Part shown: in pieces, positions 37,809 to 51,211 of the stretch | Layout: each line of letters begins with the position of its first letter | How positions within the stretch are numbered: position 1 is the first letter of the stretch | DNA from: Lama glama | Taxonomy: Eukaryota | DNA length: 64,000 nt | Direction of reading: 5' to 3' | Assembly: GCA_028534125.1 (NCBI GenBank) | Contig: CM052817.1 | Span: forward strand, 14,014,001 to 14,078,000 | The notes under the pieces: model-generated | Told to the model about the DNA's origin: nothing | Database searches by the model: none | What the model saw: only the letters and a program-made list of their open reading frames with translations | Program-made: the position numbers and the translations under genes

Positions 37809-40589
37809 AGTTTTTGTAACGTTGCTGAAAGTAGAATTTATTAGCCTTGTTTTAAATAATAAAACTGAAGCACAGAGATGCGTTTGCATAGCCTGCATGC
37901 TAGAACCTGAAAACTTGAAGGTCAAACTTGAGCTGTCAGCCTCTTGTGTTTGCCATTAGAGTCCAGGACAAAGTGAGTGTGTTTGCCCCTCTCCCTAACT
38001 AAACAAACTGCCCTCACTGCCTCATTTTTCTTTGTGGTCACGCCCCCGCTTTCCTTGCCTCCCCTAACAAAGCCAGGCAGGACTCTGCACCAGGCATCGC
38101 TCTAGGGGTTCAGGGTGCAACAGAGGCCTGAACATAGCCCCTGACCCCAAGAGATGTACCAGCAGAGTCCTTGTCGCCAGGAGTTTCTCACTTGAATAAT
38201 ATTTGTTGAATAAAATTTTTAAAAATCAATGTGTGTTTTTAAAATATCAGTGCTACAGCTCTGATCCATGGCTGGGATATAATGAATTAGAATCCTGTGA
38301 TTTATCTTGACTGTATTCCTGGAGCCAATTACTCTTTAGTTTGTCTGTTCAGGTTTCTTCTCCTTTTGCAAACAACTGTCTTCGCTAAACTTTCCCCAGC
38401 TCCCTAGGGCAACTTCGCATTGCCAAGCTATTTCTCACTACTGTGCCTGACAACCCTGGCTTAGTGTCTGAAGCAAAGGTAATGAGCTCATATTACAGTC
38501 TCTCCTCTGGGTGTTGATGAAAATATTAAATCTAGGGACGAAGACCAAATCTCATTGAATGCCACTGACTTTTCTTACATTCTGAAGTTAAAAACAGCCA
38601 CTCTCTAGGTAGAACATCCCAGTCAACAACATATCAACCAATACATATATCCTTCCACAGCTTAACAAAGCATGTCATGGGGCAAAACCAGCAGCCTAGC
38701 TGTGAAGGAAGGCGAGCGTTTATGTAGCTTTCCTTGACGCTCCAATACTGTTCATTCACGACAGGAAGACACTGTGCTATTTGAAAAATTATGATGTTAG
38801 TTCTTACCAGGATATCTGAGAAATATTAGTAAATGTGTGTTACAATTAATTTCCTCTAAGTGCACTGTGTAGAGGTGAATACATCTAAAATATACCGCAT
38901 TCTGATTTCTTAGAAAAACATTTGCTATTCTTCTTTTTGTAAATGGCATTCGGTTTTCTATTTTTTTCTCTTTCTGTTGTTTCTATTTGATATGTCTTTT
39001 TTTAACCCCATGATCTGACTAACTTTCCATTTATGAAACACCTCAAATTAATATCAAAAGACTCAGAGTTTTAGGTTACTTTCATTGTGTGTTTGCTTAT
39101 TTATTTATTGGGTCCTCTGTTACTTCTTAGGTAGTCTGTGTCTCAAAAGAAAGCCCACGTCCTTTTTCTACCTAGGACTTGAGCCTTCAGAAATTTTCAA
39201 GGCTGTTCTGCTTGATGTCCCCCCGTCTGGCACATGTTACCTGTGTTTCACCATCCCAGCTAAGACCTAAATAACAACTTCCTGCTTGCTGCTCCATGAT
39301 AAAATAGGGTGATAAAGCCAACTCTCTAATGCCTGAAAGTACAATTTTCCTTGGTGTCGTCTACAGTGTAGTATCACAAAATCTATATTGTGTAGAAAAA
39401 CTATCATCTGTAAAGGAGTACAATTCTCCTTAATAGAAGGGAAACTAACGAAGCAGGACAAAACAAAAACACATCAAAGGTTTAGCAATAAAGGATGCTT
39501 TCCAAGGCAATGAAGGAGTGAAGACATAAAGATCAGCTGGCTCCCCAGGTGCTCCCACTCAGACTCTAAACACAAACGCTGCTTTTTCCTAAAACTCTGA
39601 CACGGAATAATCTTGAATTTTGTCATCTCTCACTCCCTCTTAGGATAGGAATGTCCAAGAGAAAGCAAGACAGTGAATGTAATAATGATAAGCAATGTGG
39701 CTTTCAATACAGGTTTCCGATCTTTCTACCTTGATCATAGGGTCTCTCAATTCAATCTGAATCCCTGATACATTTCTGAAGGAGAGCCTTTTGTTAGTAT
39801 GTTCAGCAGAATTAGATAATCTAGATGGTAATATCTTACAGGGAAAAGATAACTGGACTTCAGTTAGGTACTTTGAGTTCAAGTTTCAACATTTCCACCT
39901 ACCTTGCTCAGTTTTCTAATTTTAAAATAAAACTCTAGTTAATTAATTACATTACTTAAAAATTAATTTTAAAATAATTATTACCGTACTTCCAAAAATA
40001 CATAATGACTACAATATGCCAGTCACTTTTTTAGGCGCAATGATCTTTTGATGCAGTGGATGACCTGTAAGGCCTTTTGGCATTTCCCTTTAGAGACTGT
40101 CGAACCAGACCTCTGAACCTTTACATAAGCTTCTGTGATTTAAAACGAACAGAAACATGGACAAGCCCAGTTTCCCCAGAACATGAGTCAGCCAGAAGAC
40201 ACTCACTCTTACCAACTCCTCCTGTTCTTTGTATTATCCAGTCAATCTCATCCTGCCACCACCCAAAAATAACAAAAGATGAAGCAAAATATGAAGTACC
40301 TAAAGGCAAGCCTTGTAGGATAGAATGTAGTAAATCATGACAATAAATTAAAAATAATTTGCTCAGCATTGGTCGAATATTTTAGTCTATGGAAGGGCAC
40401 ATGTGTCTGACATGGCTAAGATTCTAAAGCTACAGAATTTAAGAAAAGACCACATGAACCAGGACTGACTTCATGAAGGAAGATAGTACTTGTGCCAGTT
40501 TATAAGTATAAAGGTTTGTCTTTAAAACATAAACACACATGCATATATCTACATATATAATTATGTAACCTTAATATGTTTATCATATA

Positions 40590-41850
40590 AGGTGAAAATC
40601 ATACAAAAATAAAAGCATTAAATAGAGCATTGAGTAAAACAATTAATTCAAAGTGAAGATACAGTTTCACATATATTTGTAGAAAAAACATTGAAAATAA
40701 GTATTGAATTAATAACAAGAGAAAATATTTACAAAATAAGAAAACTATTTAAAATCATAAAAGTTATTAATAATATAGAAAATAAACTTAGAAAAGCTGA
40801 ATTATGTAAAAAGTCAGTTATTTGAAATTATCAATAACAAACAAAAACATAAACAATATTAGGAATAAGAAATAGTACAGAATTTGAACACAAAGAGAAT
40901 TTTACACTTTATAACAATATATAAACTTAAGTGGTCAAGTTTTGAAACAGATGAAATAAATGGTTTTATTGGAAACAAAATGACCCAAAACTTTATAGAA
41001 AATTTCAATAGACTAAGAATTATGTAAGAAATCTTTTAAAAGTCATACAGTCATATCCTACTGCATCTTTAAAAAACACTTGAGTAAAATGTTTTCAAGA
41101 GAAAAGTGGAGTCAAATTTTCAAAAATCAACAACTTCCTGAGTTAATAAATAGGAGAGATGGACAAATTCCCAGTTCATTTACTCCCACAAACAAAGTCT
41201 AACTCTGATACCAAAAATAAATAAACAAAAATAAACCCAAACAAAACAGACAGCAGTAGCTAAAACAAAAATAAATAAGTAGAAAACCAAATCTTTTACC
41301 TGTAGATTAAAAAAATTCTGTGTAAAATAGAGAACAAAAATCTTAGTAGGGTTATAAAACAAAGAATCTTCCTTAACTTGATAAAAGGGTAATTAAAAGA
41401 ACCTCATCAAAACAGCATACTTAACAATAAGTGACTAGAAGCAGTCAGTTTCACTGAAGTGACAAGAATAGTTGTTCACATCAAACTAGGCCAATGAAAA
41501 ACTTAGAATTAATAAGGTTGAATAAGGTAGTAAGGTAAAAAATAATCATTCCAAAAGCTCTAATTTTGTATAACTCAGCAATAATCAAATAGAGAATACA
41601 TAAAAATATCCAGGTTGCAATACAAAATCTATAAAACATGTAGGAATAAGCCTAATTGAAATAATTAAAGACCCACATGCAGAAATCTATAGAACATAAA
41701 TGGAGAACATAAAAGAAGGCCTAAATAATGGAAAGACATATAATATTCCTACTGGGGACATTCAGTGTTGTAGAGATGTGAGTTACCTACCTCCCTAGTA
41801 ATTCATAAATTTTTCACAATCCTGAAAAAATCCCAAGGGATCTGTTTTAT
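40590..41850 (+). mobile_element. Very old L1 (L1ME-like) ORF2 remnant
   Basis: A-rich; L1-like words 'ttccttaacttgataaaagg', 'taggaataagcctaa', 'aaataatggaaagacata', 'aaatcccaaggga'. Confidence 0.65.
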
Positions 41851-41884
41851 TGCATAAGCCATCCCCTCTTAAAAATGGGCTGAT

Positions 41885-43302
41885 ACAACATAATACTCAG
41901 TGGTGAAAAGTCAAAAGCCTTCTTGCTAAAATCTGGAACAAGACAAGGATGCTCATTCTCACCACTTCTATTCAACATAGTTTTAGAAGTCTTAGCCAAA
42001 GCAATCAGATCAGAAAAGAAATAAAAGGGATCCAAATTGGAAGAGAAGAGGTAAAACTGTCACTATATGTGGATGATGTGATACTATATACAGAAAACCC
42101 TAAAGGTTCCACACAAAAACTACTAGAGCTGATAAAAGAATTTGGAAAGGTAGCAGGATACAAAATTAACATGCAGAAATCAACTGCATTTCTTTACATT
42201 AACAATGAAGCATCAGAAAAAGAAAGAAGCAATCCTTTTTAAAATTACATCAAAAAAAAAAAACCTTAGGAATAAACTTGACCAAGGAGGTGGAAGACTT
42301 CCAAGCATAGAGTTTCAAAACATTGATTAAGGAAATTAAAGATAATTTAAGGAAATGGAAAGATACCTCATGCTCTTGCATTGGAAGATTAATATTGTTA
42401 AAATGGTCATACTACCCAAAGCAATCTACAGATTTAATGTGATCCTCATCAAATTACTGAGGACATTTTTCACAGAACTAGAACAAATAATCCTAAAATT
42501 TATATGGAATCACAAAAGCACAGAATTGCCAAAGCAACACTGAAGAAAAAGAACGAAACTGGAGGAATAGCCCTGTCAGACTTCAGACAATACTATGGAA
42601 CTACAATAACCAAAACAGCATGATATTGGCACAAAAACAGAAATATGGATCAATGCAACAGAAGAGAGAGCCCAGAAATAAATCGACACACTTACAGTCA
42701 ATTAATATTTGACAAGGGAGGCAAGAATATACGATGGAGAAAAGANNNNNNNNNNNNNNNNNNNNNNNNNNNNNNNNNNNNNNNNNNNNNNNNNNNNNNN
42801 NNNNNNNNNNNNNNNNNNNNNNNNNNNNNNNNNNNNNNNNNNNNNNNNNNNNNNNNNNNNNNNNNNNNNNNNNNNNNNNNNNNNNNNNNNNNNNNNNNNN
42901 NNNNNNNNNNNNNNNNNNNNNNNNNNNNNNNNNNNNNNNNNNNNNNNNNNNNNNNNNNNNNNNNNNNNNNNNNNNNNNNNNNNNNNNNNNNNNNNNNNNN
43001 NNNNNNNNNNNNNNNNNNNNNNNNNNNNNNNNNNNNNNNNNNNNNNNNNNNNNNNNNNNNNNNNNNNNNNNNNNNNNNNNNNNNNNNNNNNNNNNNNNNN
43101 NNNNNNNNNNNNNNNNNNNNNNNNNNNNNNNNNNNNNNNNNNNNNNNNNNNNNNNNNNNNNNNNNNNNNNNNNNNNNNNNNNNNNNNNNNNNNNNNNNNN
43201 NNNNNNNNNNNNNNNNNNNNNNNNNNNNNNNNNNNNNNNNNNNNNTGTATGTATATGTGTGACTGAAACATGATGCTGTACACCAGAAATTGACACAACA
43301 TT
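41885..43302 (+). mobile_element. Younger L1: ORF2 RT/C-terminal fragment and 3' UTR (gapped), disrupted
   Basis: Reads [44 protein letters not shown], then [29 protein letters not shown] (RT YxDD motif) and [17 protein letters not shown], in different frames. The 3' UTR motif 'tgatgctgtacaccagaaattgacacaacattgt' follows the gap. Confidence 0.95.
42746..43245. other. Assembly gap (500 N) inside L1
   Basis: Run of N. Confidence 1.
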
Positions 43303-43655
43303 GTGGAGGGTAGGGAACTCCCTGGGAGAGAAGATGGGAGAGGGGTTTGCCTAAGTGAGGTCACTCAGCAGCCCTGGGGGTCTGAGTACTCTGAAGGGCA
43401 GCAGGTAATAGTGTCCTTTATAGCACTGGAGTTTGTCTTATTTATGTCTTATAGAGGTGGGTACAGTTTAGTGGGGAATGCAAAGCAGACAGTCTCTAAA
43501 TGGCTAAAAATATGCTTATTAGGGTTATATTTAAAACAATTGGATGTGTAAAAATCAGAGTTTGGTGCTGGTGAGCTTTTGAACTAATGGATCCCACCTT
43601 ACTTCTGAAGTGAAAAAAAACTTAGGGCCAACATACAGAAACCACCTCTACCTCA
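43301..43655 (-). mobile_element. ERVL-class LTR fragment (MER54/MER74-like)
   Basis: Reverse complement starts tgaggtagagg and contains 'aaagctcaccagcaccaaactc..tttttacacatccaattgttttaaatat...tttttagccatttagagactgtctgctttgcattcccc'. Confidence 0.6.
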
Positions 43656-43997
43656 CTTTTTTTCATATTATATATTTATGCATACATCTTAGAGTCAATA
43701 AACTATGAAAAAATATTATTAGAAATATAGGAGAATAAATTTATAATATTAGGGTGAATAAAGCCTAAACCTAGAAGTGATATTTTTTTAAATGAGGTTG
43801 AATTTACCACATAAAATCTTTAAAGTTGTATATAAAGATTAATAATAATAGCTAATGTTTATATAGCATTTATAATAATGCTAATGTACACTGACTTATT
43901 TAATTCATTCCAATTTATGAGCTAGCTATAGTGTGAGTCCTATTTTACAGTTAATTACATAACTAATTATATAACACACTAACACTGAGTTGACATG

Positions 43998-44160
43998 TAG
44001 GACTGCCATGTAAAGTCATATACGTTGCATACTGCACAACTTCACTGGTGTGTGTGTTTTTTTAGGGATGGAGGGGATGGCATCTTCACAGACTCTGATG
44101 TGAATTGTACCCTCTAGGGTGGTACTGCATACAAGCCATATAACTGAACTTGGCAGTTTT
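43998..44160. mobile_element. MER91-like hAT-Tip100 MITE
   Basis: Inverted termini 'ggactgcca' / 'tggcagtt'; internal 'gttgcatactgcacaacttc' and 'gactctgatgtgaattgtaccctctagg'. Confidence 0.6.
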
Positions 44161-44234
44161 CTAGAGTTTCTATATTCATTAAGGTCTTCCGTACCTCCAT
44201 ACCTAATTAGCTACAGTCCCCACAGAACTGCCCT

Positions 44235-44565
44235 CCCCCATCTATCTCATGAACATGTGCTTAGCATTCAACACTCAATCCAAAGATCACTATCTCCAAA
44301 AGGTCCTTCTTGTCCCAGTCCTGGCACCTACAACAAGATAAAACTGACCTCTGTCTTCTCCATCCTCCCATGGTTCTTCCACACACAACTCTTACCACAA
44401 CGTTAATTTACATCTTGCTCATTTATATGCACATTTGGCTCCCCTACCAGATTGCAAGCTGCTTGAGCTCAGGAATTCTTCTTATGTATCTTTGCATAAA
44501 TGGTTCCTGGCACCAGGACTGGTACATGGTGAGTATTTAATAAATATTTGTTGAATAAATAACAA
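44235..44565 (+). mobile_element. L2 3' end
   Basis: 'ctccctaccagattgcaagctgcttgag...cctggcaccaggactggtacatggtgagtatttaataaatatttgttgaataaat'. Confidence 0.8.
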
Positions 44566-44869
44566 GATCCAGAGATATTCTACTGGATAACAATCTGCAA
44601 AGTATCACTTCTTTGTTCCTGTTCAGTGATATTATCAATTATTTACTTGAGGACATAGAAGAATTGAAAGCATTTGAAGTCGTCTTATCACACATTAATT
44701 AGCAAGGAGGCAGTTTTCAGCTATAAAATCTTTACAGTTAGCAAAACACTCCTATCAGCATTTACTATTAAACATTATAGACAAATACTGCAATATTAAG
44801 TTTTGTGGCAGTGCAAATAAAAGTGTTAGTAACATAATTACCATTGCGTTTTTTAAGAATTATTAAGTG

Positions 44870-45520
44870 CTAACCCTTACTCTATTTAAACCATTCAAAT
44901 ACTCCTCCTTGCCCAAAGTCCAAAATTCTTAATGTGGCCTAGAATGCTATTTATAACCTGGCCTCTGTCTATCTTTCCAAGTTTTCCCTCCCCCAGCCCC
45001 TCCCACTCCCCACGTTCAGGTACGCCACACTGTACATGAGCCACATAGTCAGGCACTTCCCAACTTGAAACTGCAATTTGAAATTGCCCTGATCCAATCT
45101 CAGTTCCTTAAATCATCCCTCAACTTCATGCTTTGGCATATTCTGACACCTCAGCCAAGAATTCCTTCCTACTCTTGTTGGTCTTCAAGCTGTTATTTCT
45201 GACATAGTTTCTTCCTACTCTTGTTGGTCTTCAAGCTGTTATTTCTGACATAGTTTCTTCTTCAAAGCTACATCACCTTTTCTGTGAAACCTCATCCTCC
45301 AGCCCCAGCAGAATCATGGGCTCCTTCCCTGCAACTGTCCTGGTCCAGGGTATAAAACTCCATGGTGTTTATCTCAGTATTTGTAGTTGTTTATTTGTCA
45401 TATTTCTCATTATCTTTCATCTCTTTGAAAGCAAGAACTGTCTTGCTTATTCATGAATCCCTAGTAGCCAAGACAAATAGCGATGGCAGGCACATAACAG
45501 TAACTTAACAAGTGATGAAG
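44870..45520 (+). mobile_element. L2 fragment (contains the 46-bp tandem duplication)
   Basis: 'aaagtccaaaattcttaatgtggcct...acatcaccttttctgtgaaacct...gaaagcaagaactgtcttg'. Confidence 0.6.
45165..45260. repeat. Perfect 46-bp tandem duplication
   Basis: cttcctactcttgttggtcttcaagctgttatttctgacatagttt at 45165-45210 and 45211-45256, followed by cttc. Confidence 0.95.
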
Positions 45521-46424
45521 GAGCAAACTGGAGAGTCTGATTTAGGTCTGTCCCCAGTCACTAGTTTTGTGAAAAGTTCACCTTAGAAAAAGCTCACTAC
45601 TGCCTTCCATAGCTGCACCAGGCCTGGAATTTGGTTTTCACATTATTATTTTTCCTCCTGTGGCATAGGAAGGAAACTCACAGGAAGAGTTGCAGGAAAA
45701 TCAACCTTTCTCTATTTTCTCCATGCCTGTTCCTCACACAGCCGGCCACCTCTGGACAGCTTCCTGGTACCAGAGCAGCAGAAATAAGCTGCATTTATTT
45801 GCCTTCTTTTCTATTAGCTCTGGTGCTTTTTAATCATTACAAGAATCTTTTGGGCAGTACAGCACTGGAATGACCCGATGTGTGTCTCCTACTCTTTCTC
45901 ACAGTGACTTACTCAGTTGCTTTCTCACTGCTGTGGATGGGAGCTGCAGGCAGTGCAGAGACTTAGAAATATGCTTTGGGCTTGGATTAGGACACAGACT
46001 TAATAATTCCATGACTCAAAAGCAACCTCCAAGATAAAAGCTGAATTTATAAATTGAAAGATGCTCTGAACACAGGAGATAAGAAATAACTTACATATTT
46101 TAGGTGGTTTTCGTGTTTTATCTCTCTATCCCCCAAGATCAAAGGAAATGGAAAGATTCATCTCAAGAACCACCAGTGGAACTGTAAGCTCTCCTTAGAT
46201 TTGCATTTTGTGCAATTCTAGCTCTTCCTAATTTATTGACTGGAAAATTATTCAGAGAAAATAGTAAAAGTCTTTTCTTTCCTTTCTAAAAGTCTACTTC
46301 ACTTAGGACAATACTTCTCATTTGTGTCAGCCTAACTCTCATTCTAAATATTCTCCCCAAACTTTACCTTCCTCCCATTATGTCATTTTACACCAACTGT
46401 ATCATTTTTAAAATTTTAAATAAA

Positions 46425-47660
46425 GTTTCTTTTAAATTTTTAGGACAGTTTTACACTTATGTAAAAATTATGAAGGTAGTACAGAGAGTTCCCATAGACA
46501 CTACACTCAATTTACCTTATTATTAACATCTTATATTTCTTTGGCACACTTGTTACAATATTTATATATATTTACTAACTAAAGTCCATATTTTATTCAA
46601 ATTTCCTTACTTCTTCTCTAAAGTCTTTTTCTGTTCCAGGATCCCATCCAGGATACCAAATCACATTTACTTGTCATGTCTCCTTAGGTTCCTCTTGGCT
46701 GTGACAGTTTTTCAGACTTTCTCTATTTTTGATACATTGTCTGTTTTGAGGAGTCCTGGTCAGGTATTTATACAATGACTCTCCATTAAACTTCATCATA
46801 TATTTTTCTCATCAGATAGACTGGGGCTATATATTTCCCTCTGAAGGAGGACTGCAATTTTCATCACATCATATCAAAGATGGATACTGTCAACATGACT
46901 TGTTCACGATCGATGTTAGCTCTGATTACCTGGCTGAGGTACCATTTGTCAGGTTTCTTCACTGTAAAATGACGCTTTTATTCCTTTCCTATACTGTTCC
47001 CTTTAGAAGGAAGTCATTATGTACAGCCGACACTCAAGGAATGGGGAGTTACAGTCCATCACTGGGAGGGCAGAGTATCTACAAAATTTACTTGGGACTT
47101 TTCTGCATGGAGATTTGTCTATTCTCCTCCATTAATTTATTTCCTAATCATTTATTTACTTCAGCATGGACATTTATTTTTTATGTTGAACTGCAATAAA
47201 ACACCACATAATTTTGTTGCTCAAATTATTCCAGCTTTGGACATTGAGAGATAATTCAGTGGGCTTGTGTCTCTTTGACATCACATAGTTTTTTTTTTTA
47301 ATTTAGCATTTTCTTACTTTTTGGCAAGACAAGATAATCCAGGCTCATCTTGTATATATCTGTTCAGTACTAGCATCAACCATTTCTCCAAGGAGCCCTG
47401 GTTCCTTTTACTGAAGAATGGTTATTGATTATCAAAATCTGGGCAATAGGTATGCTCATTGCTACTGGGGTGTCGTTGCTTCCAGGCCCACTCAGCTGAC
47501 AGAATATATATACGTCTGAATATTAATGCATGTATATACCCACATCTATAGATATTTCTATATTTAGTTTCCTGTATCTATACCTATATTATGAGTTCAT
47601 GCTGTTATGTCTGACTGTAATCCTTTGCCACATGGATTTTTCTAGCCTCTCTTATTTATG
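46425..47660 (-). mobile_element. L1MC/MD-class 3' UTR
   Basis: 'gttccaggatcccatccaggatacc...ttgtcatgtctccttaggttcctcttggctgtgacag...gctcaaattattccagctttgg...catttctccaaggagccctggttcc'. Confidence 0.85.
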
Positions 47661-48299
47661 CAATTGTTAAAGTCTATTATTGTTAACCCATACACTTAGG
47701 AAAAACAGCCCATCTACATTTCATTTCTAATTTTGGATTATTCTTGAACTTGGAAGAAATTGTGTAAGAAAAAAGGGGAGATAAATGTCAAGACAAGTTA
47801 AATGAGGCAAAAATAAAGGATCTGAGTCTGGTAAAGAAGCTCTGTACTAAGGGAGTTGTAGATCCAGGAAACATGCTAAAAATATGGAAGAAGGTATCTG
47901 AATTACTTTTAACTAGGTGAATTTTAATAGTAAATAAAACCAATAAATCACAGTCATATAGGAAGCAGAGATTAAGATGTACACAAAGAGCCTGTGTGTT
48001 GGCAGTGGGCAAATGAACTCATATGAGGAGAAGACAGATTCCAGATAACAGAGAAAAGTAAAACCCTAATGATCAGTTAAGCAGCCAGAGGTTAGGAGAT
48101 GTATTGAAAGTAAGGAAGCAGGGCTGAGGGCTGGAATCTCAGAATCCAGACTTCGATGGCAAAGGAAGAACTGATGATATCTGGGCATAGGATTTCATCA
48201 TTATTTTATTTCAGGGATTTTACATGGGTCCTGTGAAGAAAAGTCTAAGTATGGATGAATTAAAGTTTATAGGAAAAGATATGAAGAGCATTGCTTGGC

Positions 48300-48570
48300 C
48301 CAACTTAAATAATGTCCTTCAGGACCCAACAGAAAGCTGTCTCCCAAGAAGCCTTCTGAGGCCCGTGGATAAGGTTTCTCATCTGTATCTCACAGCAGAA
48401 TGTTCATACCCTTGTAGTTCTCATCACATATTGTCATTATTTGCTTGTATGTTTGTGAGCTAGAGAGTGAAGTCTGTGAGGGCAAGGACGAAGCCTTGGT
48501 TCCCTTTGATCAGCAGCACCTGGCACTGTGCTTGGCAACAAGCAGTAACTCAGTACACGCTGAATAAAGA
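48300..48570 (+). mobile_element. L2 3'-end fragment
   Basis: 'tgtgagggcaaggac...cagcacctggcactgtgcttggcaaca...gctgaataaa'. Confidence 0.65.
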
Positions 48571-50369
48571 GAACAAAGAGAAAATGAGAGTCCCAGACAC
48601 TGATGGTTCATGAACAACGAGTTCAAAAAGACTCCCTCCAGCACTAAATCAATGTCCTTCCAGCTGATTAAGAAGGTGGGCCCCTGGCATGATGATTTTT
48701 TTCCAATGACTTAAAAAAAAAAACTTTATTATTGCAATGTAGGTAATTCAGTAACGTCTGAAATGACTAAAATTTATGATGAAAATAAATTATATTAGTG
48801 CATTTCATTAATCCTATTATTCTGCAGTCCCTCTAATGAGTAGCTCACTAGAATCTTACATCTTCATTTCTCAGGGAGGTGTAGCTAGGGGATTATACTA
48901 TTAAGCATTTCAGTTGTACTCTAATTTCTGCCTGATGCATTGAGAATATATTTAATTGCATTATTCTTTTTCTGCAGACAATTCCAACTATGGAAATTGC
49001 TTTGGTGATGCAAAGGCCTGGAGGGTAGATATTCTGAGTTTGTCCTCTAATTAAAAAGATGTCACTACTTTTCTCTACACTCAGAACACAGGCAGCTTTC
49101 ATCACTGGGAGCTTTTATTCCCAAACTTTTCATCGGATGAGCTGAACTGTATAAACAACAAGATTTTGACACATCCTCCCAGACTGGATGAAGAAAAATA
49201 TGACATCCCAAAGTTCTTTGATTGGGAGAAAAAGTGAACTTTGATAAGTTTTGTGAGACCTGCCATTTCTTGGCTGACTAGTTTATTTTTCAAACAGTTA
49301 TCCTAGCTTGTGTGACCTTATATGATATATTTGAGGGTATAGAATACATGTAAAATGGTCTTTTTGCTCTGATAGTTATTTTTTATTTTGTGTAGGTAGG
49401 TAATGTACTTAAAAGGGAACTTTTGAAGTACGTCCATTCTCATACACTTAGGGTTTTGGGGTGGTGACACTGGGAAAGTCATTTAGCTCCCTGGGCTTTT
49501 GCCAGCTCATCTGTGAAAAGTGGGTAGTATTAACTTGACTACATTCCTTATTTGAAGAAAGGTTTGAATAGAGGCTGAGATCTCTTTGAGGACTTGAATT
49601 TGGTAGGAGAGAAATCAGCTAATGCAATATTCATTTAATTTCCTAGAGTACAAATATCTCTGTGCTGACAGTCTCCCAACCTTACTCCATCCCCACCTCC
49701 GAAATTCATACACATAAAGACTTTTCTCTCTTAAGAGACTTTAAAATACTAAACACAGTAAGGCCGAAGGAAAAAACAAACAGAAAAACAAAACAACTAT
49801 GAACGTAGTTGGGAATATTAGAAACACGAATTAGCCAACACTCATAAATCTCATTTAGGAAACAGAATTCCTAACAGATTAATTCATTTGAAGAGCCATT
49901 TAGAAAAACCACGGAAGTCAATAATGTGCACATTATCATTTAATATTTGAAACATTCTTTGTTTTTACTTCACCTAAAACATAGTGGTTTTAGTTTTGGC
50001 CAGAAATAAGTGCCAGCTTACAGGCCAAGGCAAACGCAAAGAACTGGCATTTACCATGGCTTCTCATGTCCTGCGTGCTTTACAGACACATTAACGATGA
50101 AGGGAAAGTAGGGTGTGTGTTAGTGTATGTCTGAGTGGGTGGGAAGTTTGCTCAATTTGGAATTTTAAGAAGAGCCCACTCTGAAATGCTAACAACCGAA
50201 TTAAGACCTAGAGTTCCACAGAAAGCGTACTCGGCAAAAAGAACAGCAGGTACAAAGGCCTGCAAATGAGGGGAAAAATCTCCCCGCTACTCTCCAATTT
50301 AAAGTAAAGTGAGGCTTATAAAATAAAAAGCATGATTACAGGAAGGATGGCTTGAATGGAGATAGAATA

Positions 50370-50800
50370 AGCCAAGTGTGGCAGAGGCAGCCTAGCTATT
50401 GACCAAGGTCTCCTGTTCTTCCTCTTGGCACGTGTCAAGACAAGACAATGCATCTCGGGCACTCCTGGGGTCAGGTCGGGCCTTGTGAATAAATGGTGAC
50501 CAGTGGGCTCCGGTGGAAGTAATGGAAGCCAGGTCTGGACCATGAAAACTTCCCAGCATGATCCTCCATGCTTTTCCTCCTTTGGCAACAATTTTAGAAG
50601 CCATGTGTTAAAGACTACAGAGCCACGGGATGAAAGAAAACTGTGTCCCTGAAATGGCACTCAATACAGAGCTCTATGCTTATCAGAAATACCTACTGTG
50701 ACTTTTTAAAGGGCTAGAAATAAACTTTTGTTCTGACAAGCCACCTTCATTTGTTTAGGGATTTGCTTGTTATAACAATGTTGCCTCAGCTAATGTATTA
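50370..50800 (+). mobile_element. MaLR LTR (MLT1G/H-like)
   Basis: 'ctccatgcttttcctcc...gaagccatgtgttaaaga...gaaataaacttttgttctgacaagccac...gatttgcttgttataaca'. Confidence 0.6.
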
Positions 50801-51211
50801 GTGTTACCTTGATTAATATGCTAAGATTCATTTGCTATAAGTTTGGGTGCTATTTTAAATAACATATTCAGAGTTAAACCACCAGCAACTCTAAAATCAA
50901 AAACTCAGGGAGGAATATTAGATGCAAGGCAATAATTGATTAGATGAAAAGAATAAAGATCATATACCTTGGGAAAAATCACAGAATCACAGAATCACTG
51001 GATAAAAGTTACTTTTTTCTAACTCTCTGGCACACAATCTTAGAAGTAGCCATTTTACCTCCAAGGACGGATTACCTGCTATAACTAAGGACAGTTAATT
51101 GTGATTTTGAACAAGAGTGTGATAGTTTGCTTTACAGTTGAAATGTAATTACTATAATTTCCAACTTAAGTGGACGATCATAAAAAAAAGATTGAAATGG
51201 AAATATCAGTA

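Noticed and set aside
41949..42543. Reverse-transcriptase-like ORFs as a functional gene or novel RT system
   Set aside because: Ordinary L1 ORF2 fragments, 5'-truncated and split across frames.
45165..45260. CRISPR-like repeat array
   Set aside because: Only two adjacent copies with no spacers, in a mammalian genome.
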